A stretch of 64,000 bases of DNA from Candidatus Omnitrophota bacterium (GCA_028280285.1 JANQMA010000011.1:58520-122519), one strand, 5' to 3'. Shown: positions 39,821-48,924, numbered from the stretch's first letter. Notes: generated from the letters alone by a model not told the origin. Made by a program: numbers and translations.

Positions 39821-40690
39821 ATGGGCAACATACGCGATATATTCAAAACTAAGGACAAAACCTTTTCTATCGAACTGTTTCCGCCCAAGACGGAAAAAGG
39901 CTACAGCAATTTGATGGGAACCATCGCCAAAATGGCTGCCCTTAAGCCGGACTTTATTTCATGCACCTATGGCGCCGGTGGCAGCAGCCGCGGCAAAACA
40001 CTTGATATTGTTGAACATATTGAAAAAGAGCACAATATAGCCGCCATGCATCATTTGACGTGCGTTATGCACAGCAAAGATGAAATGGAATCTATACTTT
40101 CTGATATTAAATCCCGTGGTGTTGACAATATATTGGCCCTGCGCGGAGATCCTCCGCAGGATAATCCTGATTGGATGCCGGGAGAAAATAACTTTAAGTA
40201 TAGCTCCGAATTAATCGCATTTATCCGGGAAAAATTCGGTGATGATTTTACGATCGGTGTGGCAGGCTTTCCGGAAGGCCATATTCTTTGCCCGGACCTT
40301 AATCAGGATGCTCAATATTTAAAAGGAAAAGTCCAAAGCGGCGCTGATTTTGTAATCACTCAGCTCTTTTTTGATAACCGTGATTACTTTGAGTATATGG
40401 GAAGGCTTAAAAATATTGATGTGACTGTACGCATTATTCCGGGCATTTTGCCGATAACGGATTATCAGGCCTTGCTCCGGTTCACAAAACTGTGTGGCGC
40501 AAGTGTACCAGATAAAGTGCATAAAATCTTTGAGCCTATTCAAGACGATAAAGAAGCAACACTTAAAGCCGGCATCGCATTCTGTATCGAGCAATGCGAG
40601 CGGCTGCTTGCCGCAGGCGCCCCGGGCATCCACTTCTACGCGCTTAACAAAATCCATCCGGTCGATGAAATATTATCAGCGATTTGTTAA
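39821..40690 (+). CDS. metF: 5,10-methylenetetrahydrofolate reductase
   Basis: FSIELFPPK, TYGAGGS, HLTC, LALRGDPP, AGFPEGH, ITQLFFD, HFYALN. Confidence 0.95.
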   Translation: MGNIRDIFKTKDKTFSIELFPPKTEKGYSNLMGTIAKMAALKPDFISCTYGAGGSSRGKTLDIVEHIEKEHNIAAMHHLTCVMHSKDEMESILSDIKSRGVDNILALRGDPPQDNPDWMPGENNFKYSSELIAFIREKFGDDFTIGVAGFPEGHILCPDLNQDAQYLKGKVQSGADFVITQLFFDNRDYFEYMGRLKNIDVTVRIIPGILPITDYQALLRFTKLCGASVPDKVHKIFEPIQDDKEATLKAGIAFCIEQCERLLAAGAPGIHFYALNKIHPVDEILSAIC

Positions 40691-40744
40691 ATTAAGGGGA
40701 CACAATACTTAATTCAATAATTAAGTATTGTGTCCCCTTAATTT
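40689..40744. repeat. Perfect 26-bp-arm inverted repeat (REP/MITE-like)
   Basis: AAATTAAGGGGACACAATACTTAATT-caat-reverse complement; identical arms at 55705. Confidence 0.9.
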
Positions 40745-40756
40745 TAACCGCTACCT

Positions 40757-40782
40757 GCACCGGGTGCGGGCGCACCCGGTGC
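40757..40782. repeat. GC-rich nested palindrome between convergent genes
   Basis: GCACCGGGTGCG-gg-CGCACCCGGTGC; each arm is itself near-palindromic. Confidence 0.75.
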
Positions 40783-40793
40783 GCGGAGAGGTT

Positions 40794-42083
40794 TTATTCC
40801 CAAGAAAATCCGATACCATGAATTTCAATGTCTGCTGTACCTGGTGCCGTAACTTTATAAACCAGATCATTAGTACTTGTAGAGGTTAAAGAAACATCTG
40901 CCTCAATAATACGGATGTTCCCCTGATACTCACCAACATCTGTTATTGTGCTGGCTGCATCAAATGTGCCTGTACTACCATTACGTGCCACCGAAACGGT
41001 AAGATCGTTTGTTAAATCATCACCGACAGCTAACAGCATAACTTTCGCACTTGTCGGGGTTGACTCAGCCTCAAACGTCTCAGATACTAATGTAAATGTT
41101 TGCCCTGACTGCGAAGCTAAATAGGATGATGTTTTCTCAGGAGCTTGTGCTGGTGCTGTTGGCACTGTGAATGATGGTGGTGTCGTTGTATCCGGTATAA
41201 TCCCGAATACATTCGGACTACTTACACGAAATTCATCAATATTGCCTTTCATATAAACAGTATCAACAATTTGACCAATAAAAATCGGTGAATCCTCAAC
41301 AAGTGTTGTGGTTACGGTGCTTGATACATGAGCCTTCTGACTCCCATCAAGATAAATACCAAACTCGGTACCTTCTTTAATAAATGCCACATGATACCAG
41401 TCATCATCTTCAATACTATTACCATTGGCATAACCAGTGTTAAGATTGATAATATTTGAACCATCCTTTAGAAAAAATTGTAACATTGATCCCTGCACAG
41501 GATCATAACTCGCCATGTAATATCTAATCAGATTATTAGATGGGGCCCAACCAGAAAAAAAGTACTGATTATCATACTGACCATCTAACTTAACCCAAAA
41601 ATCAATCGATAATGAGGATGTTGTACTGCTAAATGATAAAAAATCTTTTTCATCATTCAAAATAGCTGCATGATCACCGGATCCATCAACATATAAAGAC
41701 GCACCCCCAAAATAACCTTCCGATGTATCAATTGTTGCATCATATTTAAGCTCAATAATCTGACAATTTTGAGAAACATCAGATGTTAAATCACTTGTAT
41801 ATCCAGGCAAAGACTTTGATTCATCAAAATGAACAAGTGCTATAATATCGTCGTTATCATCTGATATAAAATCTACATAACTAGTATTGCTGTAATTAAT
41901 TCCACATTTATCAACAAACGCATCTATAAACCCATCTTGCATTTTACTTACTGATCTATTACTATTCTCAAGTATACGGTACCCGTTAAGAAACTCATTA
42001 ATAGACATTTCCGTTGCTTGCGCCTGCAAGGCACAAAACATTACACCAAAAAACATCAAACAGAAAATAATTCGTTTTTTCAT
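40794..42083 (-). CDS. Secreted LamG/concanavalin-A-like jellyroll domain protein
   Basis: Signal peptide (ALQAQA); ALVHFD, SIDFWV, WYHVAF, IYLDG, IFIG...GNIDEFRVS. Confidence 0.8.
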   Translation of the reverse strand: MKKRIIFCLMFFGVMFCALQAQATEMSINEFLNGYRILENSNRSVSKMQDGFIDAFVDKCGINYSNTSYVDFISDDNDDIIALVHFDESKSLPGYTSDLTSDVSQNCQIIELKYDATIDTSEGYFGGASLYVDGSGDHAAILNDEKDFLSFSSTTSSLSIDFWVKLDGQYDNQYFFSGWAPSNNLIRYYMASYDPVQGSMLQFFLKDGSNIINLNTGYANGNSIEDDDWYHVAFIKEGTEFGIYLDGSQKAHVSSTVTTTLVEDSPIFIGQIVDTVYMKGNIDEFRVSSPNVFGIIPDTTTPPSFTVPTAPAQAPEKTSSYLASQSGQTFTLVSETFEAESTPTSAKVMLLAVGDDLTNDLTVSVARNGSTGTFDAASTITDVGEYQGNIRIIEADVSLTSTSTNDLVYKVTAPGTADIEIHGIGFSWE

Positions 42084-42290
42084 AACACCCTCCTTTTTGT
42101 AGTAGATGAAAGATAAAACAATTCGTTAAAATTGAAAAGGAGGAAAAGGAAGTTTATAGAAAGAGGCGAAGGTGCTCTGGCGGAGCGCCCCTTCAATCAG
42201 AAGTAATATAATATATATCAGTTAACATTATTATGCTATGAAAATTTTATGAGGAGGAAATGACAATTGGGTGAATTGTTTGTGAAAAAA

Positions 42291-42358
42291 AAGACCCAAG
42301 ACACCGGACACATGACACAGGGTAAAACTTGTGTCTTGTGTCATGTGACTTGTGTCCT
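42291..42358. repeat. Inverted tandem heptamer array (NNGACAC), likely also the yceI terminator
   Basis: aagaccc aagacac cggacac atgacac -spacer- ttgtgtc ttgtgtc atgtgac ttgtgtc; a T8 tract follows on the minus strand. Confidence 0.85.
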
Positions 42359-42372
42359 ATTTCAAGTCTTGC

Positions 42373-42960
42373 TTACGACGCGTGGCCTTCGATTTCAATC
42401 ACGAGCGTGACTTCATCGTCGACAACTAGCCCGCCCCCATCAAGGGTCTTATTCCAGGAAATACCGAAATCCTGACGGTTGATCGTGACCCGTCCTTTAA
42501 GCCCGATAGCCGTCCCTCCGAATGGATTATTGACCGGCCCGGCAATCTCAACGGGAATATAAATCCTCTTCTCAACGCCTTTCATGTTGAGAATCCCAGC
42601 AATTTGATAACCATCATCGTTTTTGACAAGCGCTTCGCCTTTAAACGTAATGATCGGATACTTTTCAACATCAAAAAAATCAGCGCCGACCAGATGATTG
42701 TCACGCCCTTCGTGATTGGTATCAATAGATTTGGCTTGAATAGTAACCGCCGCACTAAAACCGGAAAGATTATCTTTATCCAAGGTAAACGATCCTTTGT
42801 AGTCATCAAATTGACCCCTGACCGTTGAGATGCCTAAATGCTTAACCTCAAACCCAAGTGTCGTATGCGAATTATCAATATTGTAGTCGACTGCATGAGC
42901 AGAAAGAGCGACCCCTGAGATCAATGTTAATGTTACACCTATAATCAAAATCTTCTTCAT
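42373..42960 (-). CDS. yceI: YceI-family periplasmic lipid/polyisoprenoid-binding protein
   Basis: Signal peptide from ATG 42960; YNIDNSHT, VKHLGISTVRGQF, SIDT..RDNHL..DFFD. Confidence 0.9.
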   Translation of the reverse strand: MKKILIIGVTLTLISGVALSAHAVDYNIDNSHTTLGFEVKHLGISTVRGQFDDYKGSFTLDKDNLSGFSAAVTIQAKSIDTNHEGRDNHLVGADFFDVEKYPIITFKGEALVKNDDGYQIAGILNMKGVEKRIYIPVEIAGPVNNPFGGTAIGLKGRVTINRQDFGISWNKTLDGGGLVVDDEVTLVIEIEGHAS

Positions 42961-42962
42961 TA

Positions 42963-43439
42963 TTAGACCCCTTCTGTTTTTTGAATTGTATCCATCACTT
43001 CGGATAATTCCTGGCAAAGCGCGTCAATACGCTCCTGGCCAACAGATTGATTAAGTTGTTGTTGAAATGCTTTAAATAGCGCAGACGCCTGATTTGATTT
43101 TTTAAGTCCCTGCTCGGTAATAACAACCTTTTTAACACGCTTATCTTCTCCGGGTTTAAGATCAATCAGCCCATCTCTCTCCAGAATTTTTAAATTGCGT
43201 GTTAAGGTGGTTCTATCGGTGGCAATAGCCTCGGCCAGTTCATTCACTGTCAGCGGGCCCAACTCTCTAATCGATGCCAGCAGAGTCCCTTGGGGGGCAG
43301 TGATCCCAACCGGCTTAAACATACGTTCATATATGGCTGTAATTACCTTAGAAGCCCGGCGCACATTAAAACAAATACATGGACTTTCTTTGGCAAATTT
43401 TTGAACTTCGTCTTTTTTGTTTGCATCAAGTGTACACAT
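42963..43439 (-). CDS. MarR-family regulator with N-terminal CxC
   Basis: PCICFNVRRASK, DRTTLTRNLK.LER.GLI, EDKR...ITEQG. Confidence 0.9.
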   Translation of the reverse strand: MCTLDANKKDEVQKFAKESPCICFNVRRASKVITAIYERMFKPVGITAPQGTLLASIRELGPLTVNELAEAIATDRTTLTRNLKILERDGLIDLKPGEDKRVKKVVITEQGLKKSNQASALFKAFQQQLNQSVGQERIDALCQELSEVMDTIQKTEGV

Positions 43440-43459
43440 AACTTATCCCAGTGGATAGG

Positions 43460-43488
43460 AGTATATACACATATTTGATGCTTGTCAA
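43460..43488 (-). promoter_or_regulatory. sigma70 promoter of marR-yceI overlapped by a palindrome
   Basis: TTGACA-17 bp-TATACT; the GTATATAC palindrome overlaps the -10 box. Confidence 0.7.
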
Positions 43489-43511
43489 TGAAAAAGCCCC
43501 GGCCGCCCTAC

Positions 43512-43946
43512 TTAATAACTTCCTTTATGCTCATGGTCAGATCCGTGGTGATCATGATCTGAGCCTTTCATACTACCTTTACCTTCCTTCATCTTTTTCT
43601 TATATTCTTTTTTTAGTTCTATAGCCTTGGCTTCAAAATCTTCTAAATATTTAGCTGGGTCTTCCAAGAACGTGTCCAACTGCTCTTGACCAACAAAATA
43701 GTAGGTTTTGCCTTCATACTCAGCCTTAAAAGCATCTGTCCCTTTCATAAACTTACCCTTAAAAACACACACAGGGCACAGACCACCCATTTCCGCTCCT
43801 TCAGCCATTTCCTTAGCCATGCTGCCTTTATCGCTGTCTCCCTTCATGTAACCACTTCCCTTTTTCTCATAACCGGATGCGGCAGCACTGTGCGTAAAAG
43901 CAACAACAAATGCTAATACTAAAAATCCTAACAATGTTTTTTTCAT
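43512..43946 (-). CDS. Exported YHS-domain protein with His-rich tail
   Basis: Signal peptide; CPVC, EYEGKTYYF..FLEDPAKY; C-terminal DHDHHGSDHEH. Confidence 0.8.
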   Translation of the reverse strand: MKKTLLGFLVLAFVVAFTHSAAASGYEKKGSGYMKGDSDKGSMAKEMAEGAEMGGLCPVCVFKGKFMKGTDAFKAEYEGKTYYFVGQEQLDTFLEDPAKYLEDFEAKAIELKKEYKKKMKEGKGSMKGSDHDHHGSDHEHKGSY

Positions 43947-43977
43947 AATCTCCTCACTTTACTTTTGGTTAAACGAT

Positions 43978-44472
43978 TTAAAATACCTCTTCGAGATTCC
44001 CAGGAAGCTCATGTTCAACAGCTTTGACGATCCCTTGACTATCGACAAAGAAAAATGTCGGCACGCCGATGAGCTCATATGGTTCTTCGAGCGTTGCTCC
44101 CTGATCAACAATCATATCCAACTCAATCTTATTACGTTTGGCATACTTAGCGACCGTTGCAATATCTTCCCCATAATCAACAATGACCAACTTAATCCCT
44201 TGTTGTAATATATTTTCACTTTTCGCACTTAACTCTTTAAGTTGTGTGCGACAATGCGGGCACCATGTGGCCCAGAAAAATATAATCGCTTTATCATCAC
44301 CTCTGTATTCGGTTAAATTGATTTCTTTGCCATTGGTCGCCGGGAGTGTAAAGTCGGGGGCAGGCTTTCCGATATTGCTGTTTTCCATATAAAAAAGCTG
44401 CGCCGAGGCCGACGCAGCTAGCATGGGGGGCATAAAAACTAATGCCATACAAATAACTAGAAATTTTCTCAT
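43978..44472 (-). CDS. TlpA/ResA-like thiol-disulfide oxidoreductase
   Basis: APDFTL, FWATWCPHC, GVPTFFFVD. Confidence 0.9.
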   Translation of the reverse strand: MRKFLVICMALVFMPPMLAASASAQLFYMENSNIGKPAPDFTLPATNGKEINLTEYRGDDKAIIFFWATWCPHCRTQLKELSAKSENILQQGIKLVIVDYGEDIATVAKYAKRNKIELDMIVDQGATLEEPYELIGVPTFFFVDSQGIVKAVEHELPGNLEEVF

Positions 44473-44565
44473 GTATCCTATCCTTTATGAAATTCTTAAA
44501 ATTAATCCAAGACAACATGCTATCACCTAACGTTTACAATTGCCACGGGTATCTTATCTTTACAA

Positions 44566-45339
44566 TCAACTCATTAATTCGATAAGCTCGCTTTCCGGCA
44601 TATCGGTCACAATCACACACCCGACACCGGAATGCCTCTTATCAAGGCACAAAAGACTGGAATAGCCTTGCTCATTGCGAACATACATCTCTTTATCACC
44701 TTTACTTACATCTTTACCTTTAGTAAATTTCATATCCGTCGAGTCAATCATATAAAGTGACATGCGGTGTCCGTCTTTTTCGTAAAATAAAAGCGCAACC
44801 GGCTTTTCTTTTAAATGGCAAAGCCTCGCCCCGATCAGTTTGGCTCCTTTAACAGAAAGGTCCGGCGGACGCACTGGAAAAGATAGGCGGCCTTCAAACC
44901 ATTTGGTCACTTCCTCTAAATTATCAGTCTGTACTTCGGAAGAATACCGGCCACCCAAGCAATCAATATGACGTTCGATAGAGGCCTTAAATATAGGAAA
45001 GGCATTGGTGCTGCTTGTTAAAACAACAACAGCAAACACCGCAATCAAACCAACTGTGGCAAACCGGCCAAGCAAAGGGAAATCAAAGTCAAACCGCGGT
45101 ATCCAGGACAGCCAGCTTTTTTTTGCGAGACTCGCGACAACCTGCTCGCGCAATTCATACGGTGCTTCTTCTTGAACCATATGTTTGGCAACCAGCCCGT
45201 CAAACCGCTTTTCTTTTTCGTATTCCAGACGGGCCAGGGGATCCTCTGTCATCTTGGCCTTCATCTGAATGGCAAGGGTTTGGTCTAATTCATTGTGAAT
45301 ATAGGCCTGTAAATTTTCTCTAAACTGTTTTTCGTCCAT
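44566..45339 (-). CDS. Transmembrane anti-sigma factor
   Basis: AYIHNEL..APYELR at the N-terminus, one TM helix, periplasmic PDL..G.KLIGARLC; directly downstream of the ECF sigma. Confidence 0.8.
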   Translation of the reverse strand: MDEKQFRENLQAYIHNELDQTLAIQMKAKMTEDPLARLEYEKEKRFDGLVAKHMVQEEAPYELREQVVASLAKKSWLSWIPRFDFDFPLLGRFATVGLIAVFAVVVLTSSTNAFPIFKASIERHIDCLGGRYSSEVQTDNLEEVTKWFEGRLSFPVRPPDLSVKGAKLIGARLCHLKEKPVALLFYEKDGHRMSLYMIDSTDMKFTKGKDVSKGDKEMYVRNEQGYSSLLCLDKRHSGVGCVIVTDMPESELIELMS

Positions 45340-45353
45340 AATACACCTTCAAT

Positions 45354-45908
45354 TTAAATTTCTGCCTGCACTTTTGGGTCCAACATTTTTTTAAGCGCAT
45401 TTTTAGCTGTGTGTAGCCTCGACATAACTGTTCCGATCGGCGTTTTCATAATCTTGGCAATCTCTTTATAGGCAAAACCTTCGACATAATAAAGCGTCAA
45501 AACCGTCCGTAATTCCTCGGGCAATTTATCAATCGCTACTTGCAGCGACTCACCAAATATCTCCTCCTGGGCCCCACTGAGCTCGGTTGTCCCGATCATC
45601 CCCTGATATTCATCAAAATCGATTTTGACCGGCTCTTTGGCTTTTTTGCGGTAATCATTGATGAACAAATTACGCAAAATCGTCAAAATCCAGCCTTTAA
45701 AATTCGTCCCTTCCTCAAATTTATGGTAAAAGCGGAAGGCCCTGAGCGATGCCTCCTGAACCAAGTCAGAGGCATTGGCATGATTGAGCGTCAACCTATA
45801 GGCGAGGTTATACATGGAATCCATAGCCTTAAGCAAATTCTCTTCAAAGTCTCTTGTAGACGTATTTTTTTGGGCTGCACTTAACATATCAAATCCTACC
45901 GGCTTCAT
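45354..45908 (-). CDS. ECF sigma-70 factor
   Basis: ASDLVQEASLRAF, NFKGWILTILRN, YKEIAKIMKTPIGTVMSRL. Confidence 0.93.
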   Translation of the reverse strand: MKPVGFDMLSAAQKNTSTRDFEENLLKAMDSMYNLAYRLTLNHANASDLVQEASLRAFRFYHKFEEGTNFKGWILTILRNLFINDYRKKAKEPVKIDFDEYQGMIGTTELSGAQEEIFGESLQVAIDKLPEELRTVLTLYYVEGFAYKEIAKIMKTPIGTVMSRLHTAKNALKKMLDPKVQAEI

Positions 45909-45956
45909 CTCTATAACAGCAGAAATAGTGGATTTATTCGAAAAAAGTGAGTTGGA

Positions 45957-47324
45957 TTAATAGAGAACGTCAAATTCCGGGCGGAATTCCTTGGGGTCTT
46001 TTTCATAGACAAATTGGCTGGTGGCCTCATCAAAGTCCTGTATCTTGGGAACGACCAGGTCGTCACTAATGCAGGTGTCGCTATTTTCGGCATAATACTG
46101 TATTTCTTCAGAAAAACTGTTCAGAATACTTTGCGACACGATAGAGGCTTGTTGGGGGAGAAAACAACGTGTTTGCTGGGTACACCGCCCACTGATATCA
46201 CGAATCATATCAATATCATTCTGCGAGCCCTTCCCGTTTCTCAGATTCTCAAAATGCTCCATAATATTGCGTGTGCCCGAATTGCAAGGAATACATTGCC
46301 CGCAGCTTGAGACAGCTAAAAATTTGGTCATCATCCATGCGATCTCGCACATGGAACGGTCTGCGTCATAGACAATAAATCCGGCGGAACCCAAACCAAT
46401 CCCTGCATTGCGCAATGTCCCGAAATCAATTTTCAGATCAAAATGCTCAGGCAGCATCATACGATTAGACATACCTGATAAAATGGCCTTAAATTCCTTA
46501 TCGCCGCGCGGGCCGCCGCCGATATCGTATAATAATTGTCTTACAGTTAACCCCGTCTCCACCTCATACATCCCGGGGTTTTTCACATCACCCGATAAAG
46601 TAAAAATAACAGTGCCGGGGGTGTCTTCGGTCCCCATTGAGGTAAACCATTCGGCACCATTTTGAATAATTTTAGGAACATGACTTAAGGTTTCACAATT
46701 ATTAACAACCGTTGGATTAGTTTCCGTGGCATTCACGCCAACACCGACCATAAACGGCGGGAAAAAACGTGGCATGGGCTGACGACCATCAATGGATTCT
46801 AATAAACCCTTTTCTTCACCTAATAAATAATCGTCCGGACCAAGATGTATTTGAAGAAAACCTTTTTCGACAACACCCTGCTGCTCAAATTCACGCAGCG
46901 CTTGCTCAAGACGGGCTACCGTTGATTTAAATTTATCTTTTGTTCCAAGAATCGCCTGCTTGGCGCCAATGGCATAAGCCCCGATCAACATCCCTTCAAA
47001 AACAAGATAAGGATTTTTACCGATTAAATAACGGTCTTTATAGGTGCCCGGCTCGCCCTCCGCCATATTACACACAAGATATTTCTTTTCATCTGGAGTA
47101 GCGCGGACCCCGGCCCATTTGATCGCCGCCGGAAAACCAGCTCCGCCGCGACCACGTAGGTTTGCCGCTTTAATCTCGGCAATCACATCATTAGGATCCA
47201 TGGCGCGTGCTTTTTTAAGCGCTTCAAGACCGCCCTGGGCTATGTATTCTTTAATATTCTTAAGTGGCTTTAAATCTTCCGGCAGTAAATTCCGTTTTTC
47301 GAGAGGATGCATATCTTGCTCCAA
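45957..47324 (-). CDS. Stand-alone NuoF/HoxF-like FMN and [4Fe-4S] NADH-binding subunit
   Basis: LRGRGGAGFP..KW, EGEPGTYKDR, GEE, NNCETL, SCGQCIPC...C; start at 47324 (TTG) or 47312. Confidence 0.88.
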   Translation of the reverse strand: MEQDMHPLEKRNLLPEDLKPLKNIKEYIAQGGLEALKKARAMDPNDVIAEIKAANLRGRGGAGFPAAIKWAGVRATPDEKKYLVCNMAEGEPGTYKDRYLIGKNPYLVFEGMLIGAYAIGAKQAILGTKDKFKSTVARLEQALREFEQQGVVEKGFLQIHLGPDDYLLGEEKGLLESIDGRQPMPRFFPPFMVGVGVNATETNPTVVNNCETLSHVPKIIQNGAEWFTSMGTEDTPGTVIFTLSGDVKNPGMYEVETGLTVRQLLYDIGGGPRGDKEFKAILSGMSNRMMLPEHFDLKIDFGTLRNAGIGLGSAGFIVYDADRSMCEIAWMMTKFLAVSSCGQCIPCNSGTRNIMEHFENLRNGKGSQNDIDMIRDISGRCTQQTRCFLPQQASIVSQSILNSFSEEIQYYAENSDTCISDDLVVPKIQDFDEATSQFVYEKDPKEFRPEFDVLY

Positions 47325-47337
47325 AATAATTTAAAAA

Positions 47338-47406
47338 TCGTACTTCGTACTTAGAACTTCGTACCTCGTGGATTACGATGTACTAAGTACGATGTGCGAA
47401 GTACGA
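47338..47406. repeat. Inverted tandem heptamer array (TCGTACT)
   Basis: tcgtact tcgtact tagaact tcgtacc tcgt -ggatt- acga tgtacta agtacga tgtgcga agtacga. Confidence 0.88.
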
Positions 47407-47464
47407 CTGTATTAATTTAATTATATAATACTCACTTTTCGACCTATGACAAATGATATTTAAT

Positions 47465-47532
47465 AAATTGGTGACAGGCACTTATTTTCAAAAAACAAAT
47501 TGGTGATGAAAATAAGTGCCTGTCACCAATTT
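47465..47532. repeat. Perfect 26-bp-arm inverted repeat (REP/MITE-like)
   Basis: AAATTGGTGACAGGCACTTATTTTCA-16 nt-reverse complement; the spacer carries a partial third copy. Confidence 0.9.
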
Positions 47533-47552
47533 TATGTTATGATGATTGCATT

Positions 47553-48329
47553 ATGGGCACAATGACTCTCATTTACTGGGCACTTGTGACCGGTGTTTTA
47601 AGCGCGCTGGCAACCGGCCTCGGAGCAATCCCTGTTAAATTCTTGAAGGAAGACTCACACAAGGTCCGCGGCATGGCTTCGGCGATTGCCGCCGGGATGA
47701 TGATTTCCGCGTCCGTCTTTTCGCTCGCCCAAGAAGGCATTGCCCTAGAAGCCAAAATCCCCTTTTCTCCTTATATTGTCATTATCGGTTTATTGTTGGG
47801 GGCTGCTTTTTTTCATTGGTCAGAACGGTTTTTGGATGAACCTGATATTACAAAGTTTTATACAAAACAAGGGTTTAGCCGTAAAGGATTTCTGATTTTC
47901 ATTGCGATGTTTATTCATTCCATCCCCGAAGGGATTGCCATCGGTGTGGCCTTTGCCACCGATAATCTCACCTTTGGTTTGACCATGGCAATCGCGATTG
48001 CTGTGCACAATATCCCGGAAGGGATCGCCATTTCTCTACCTCTTAAGGCCGAAGGGATCAGCACACCCAAATGTGCCTGGATTTCCATTCTCACAAGTGT
48101 TCCACAACCGGTCATGGCTGTGCCCGCGGCTGTGCTCGCCTGGTTTTTTGAGCCACTTCTACCGATCGGCTTAGGCTTTGCCGGCGGAGCCATGATTTAT
48201 CTGACTATTTCTGAGTTAATTCCTGATGCGTTTGAAGAGGGTGGCCACCAGTTAACTGCCTGGGGCGTTATGATTGGTTTGTGCGGGATGCTTCTTATTA
48301 CAACACTGCTTAATTTGATTCCTTATTAA
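47553..48329 (+). CDS. ZIP-family divalent metal transporter (ZupT/GufA-like)
   Basis: HSIPEGIAIG, HNIPEGIAIS, FAGGAMIY..ELIP. Confidence 0.92.
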   Translation: MGTMTLIYWALVTGVLSALATGLGAIPVKFLKEDSHKVRGMASAIAAGMMISASVFSLAQEGIALEAKIPFSPYIVIIGLLLGAAFFHWSERFLDEPDITKFYTKQGFSRKGFLIFIAMFIHSIPEGIAIGVAFATDNLTFGLTMAIAIAVHNIPEGIAISLPLKAEGISTPKCAWISILTSVPQPVMAVPAAVLAWFFEPLLPIGLGFAGGAMIYLTISELIPDAFEEGGHQLTAWGVMIGLCGMLLITTLLNLIPY

Positions 48330-48358
48330 AAAAGGGCGGCCACAAGGGCCGCCCCTAC
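48328..48358 (-). terminator. GTAG-type REP-like hairpin / intrinsic terminator
   Basis: Minus strand reads GTAG-GGGCGGCC-CTTGT-GGCCGCCC-TTTTTT between convergent genes. Confidence 0.7.
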
Positions 48359-48360
48359 GA

Positions 48361-48855
48361 TCACTCCACCGACACAACTGTCACATCAAAGTTCAACACC
48401 TTACCGGCCAGTGGATGATTAAAACTGACAACAACTGTTGTTTCTTTCACTTCCGTCACAACAGCTGGAACAGGCTTTCCTTCAGGATCATTAAACTGCA
48501 AAATCATTCCAACAGACACTTGAAAATCTTCAGGGAATTGCTCCATAGGAAGTTCCGTAAAGGCATCGGGATTAACTGCACCATAGGCGTCTTCTGGTTG
48601 AAGGGTGACCTTCTTTGAATCGCCTGGTTCTAGACCCAACAAGGCATTTTCAAGCCCGGGGATGATTTGACCTGATCCGTGCACATATTCCAAAGGTGTT
48701 TTACCCGATGTTGTGTCAAGCACCTCGCCTTCGACTGTTAAGACATAATCAAACTTAACTGTTTTTCCTTCCTCAATCTTTGCTGCCAACGCCGACGAAC
48801 TTAACGCAAAAATTAAACCGGCACTCACTGCAACACCCTTAAGAATAGATTTCAT
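48361..48855 (-). CDS. FKBP-type PPIase, SlyD-like, with signal peptide
   Basis: PLEYVHGSGQIIPGLE, PEDAYG, FNHPLAGK.L.F; N-terminal hydrophobic stretch ending ALA. Confidence 0.9.
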   Translation of the reverse strand: MKSILKGVAVSAGLIFALSSSALAAKIEEGKTVKFDYVLTVEGEVLDTTSGKTPLEYVHGSGQIIPGLENALLGLEPGDSKKVTLQPEDAYGAVNPDAFTELPMEQFPEDFQVSVGMILQFNDPEGKPVPAVVTEVKETTVVVSFNHPLAGKVLNFDVTVVSVE

Positions 48856-48894
48856 AACAATCCCCTTTACGGATAGTAGATTAATGTATAGCTC

Positions 48895-48923
48895 ACCATA
48901 CGCGGTTGTTGGAAGTTTGTCAA
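48895..48923 (-). promoter_or_regulatory. Putative sigma70 promoter
   Basis: TTGACA-17 bp-TATGGT upstream of the SlyD-like gene. Confidence 0.45.
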
Positions 48924-48924
48924 A

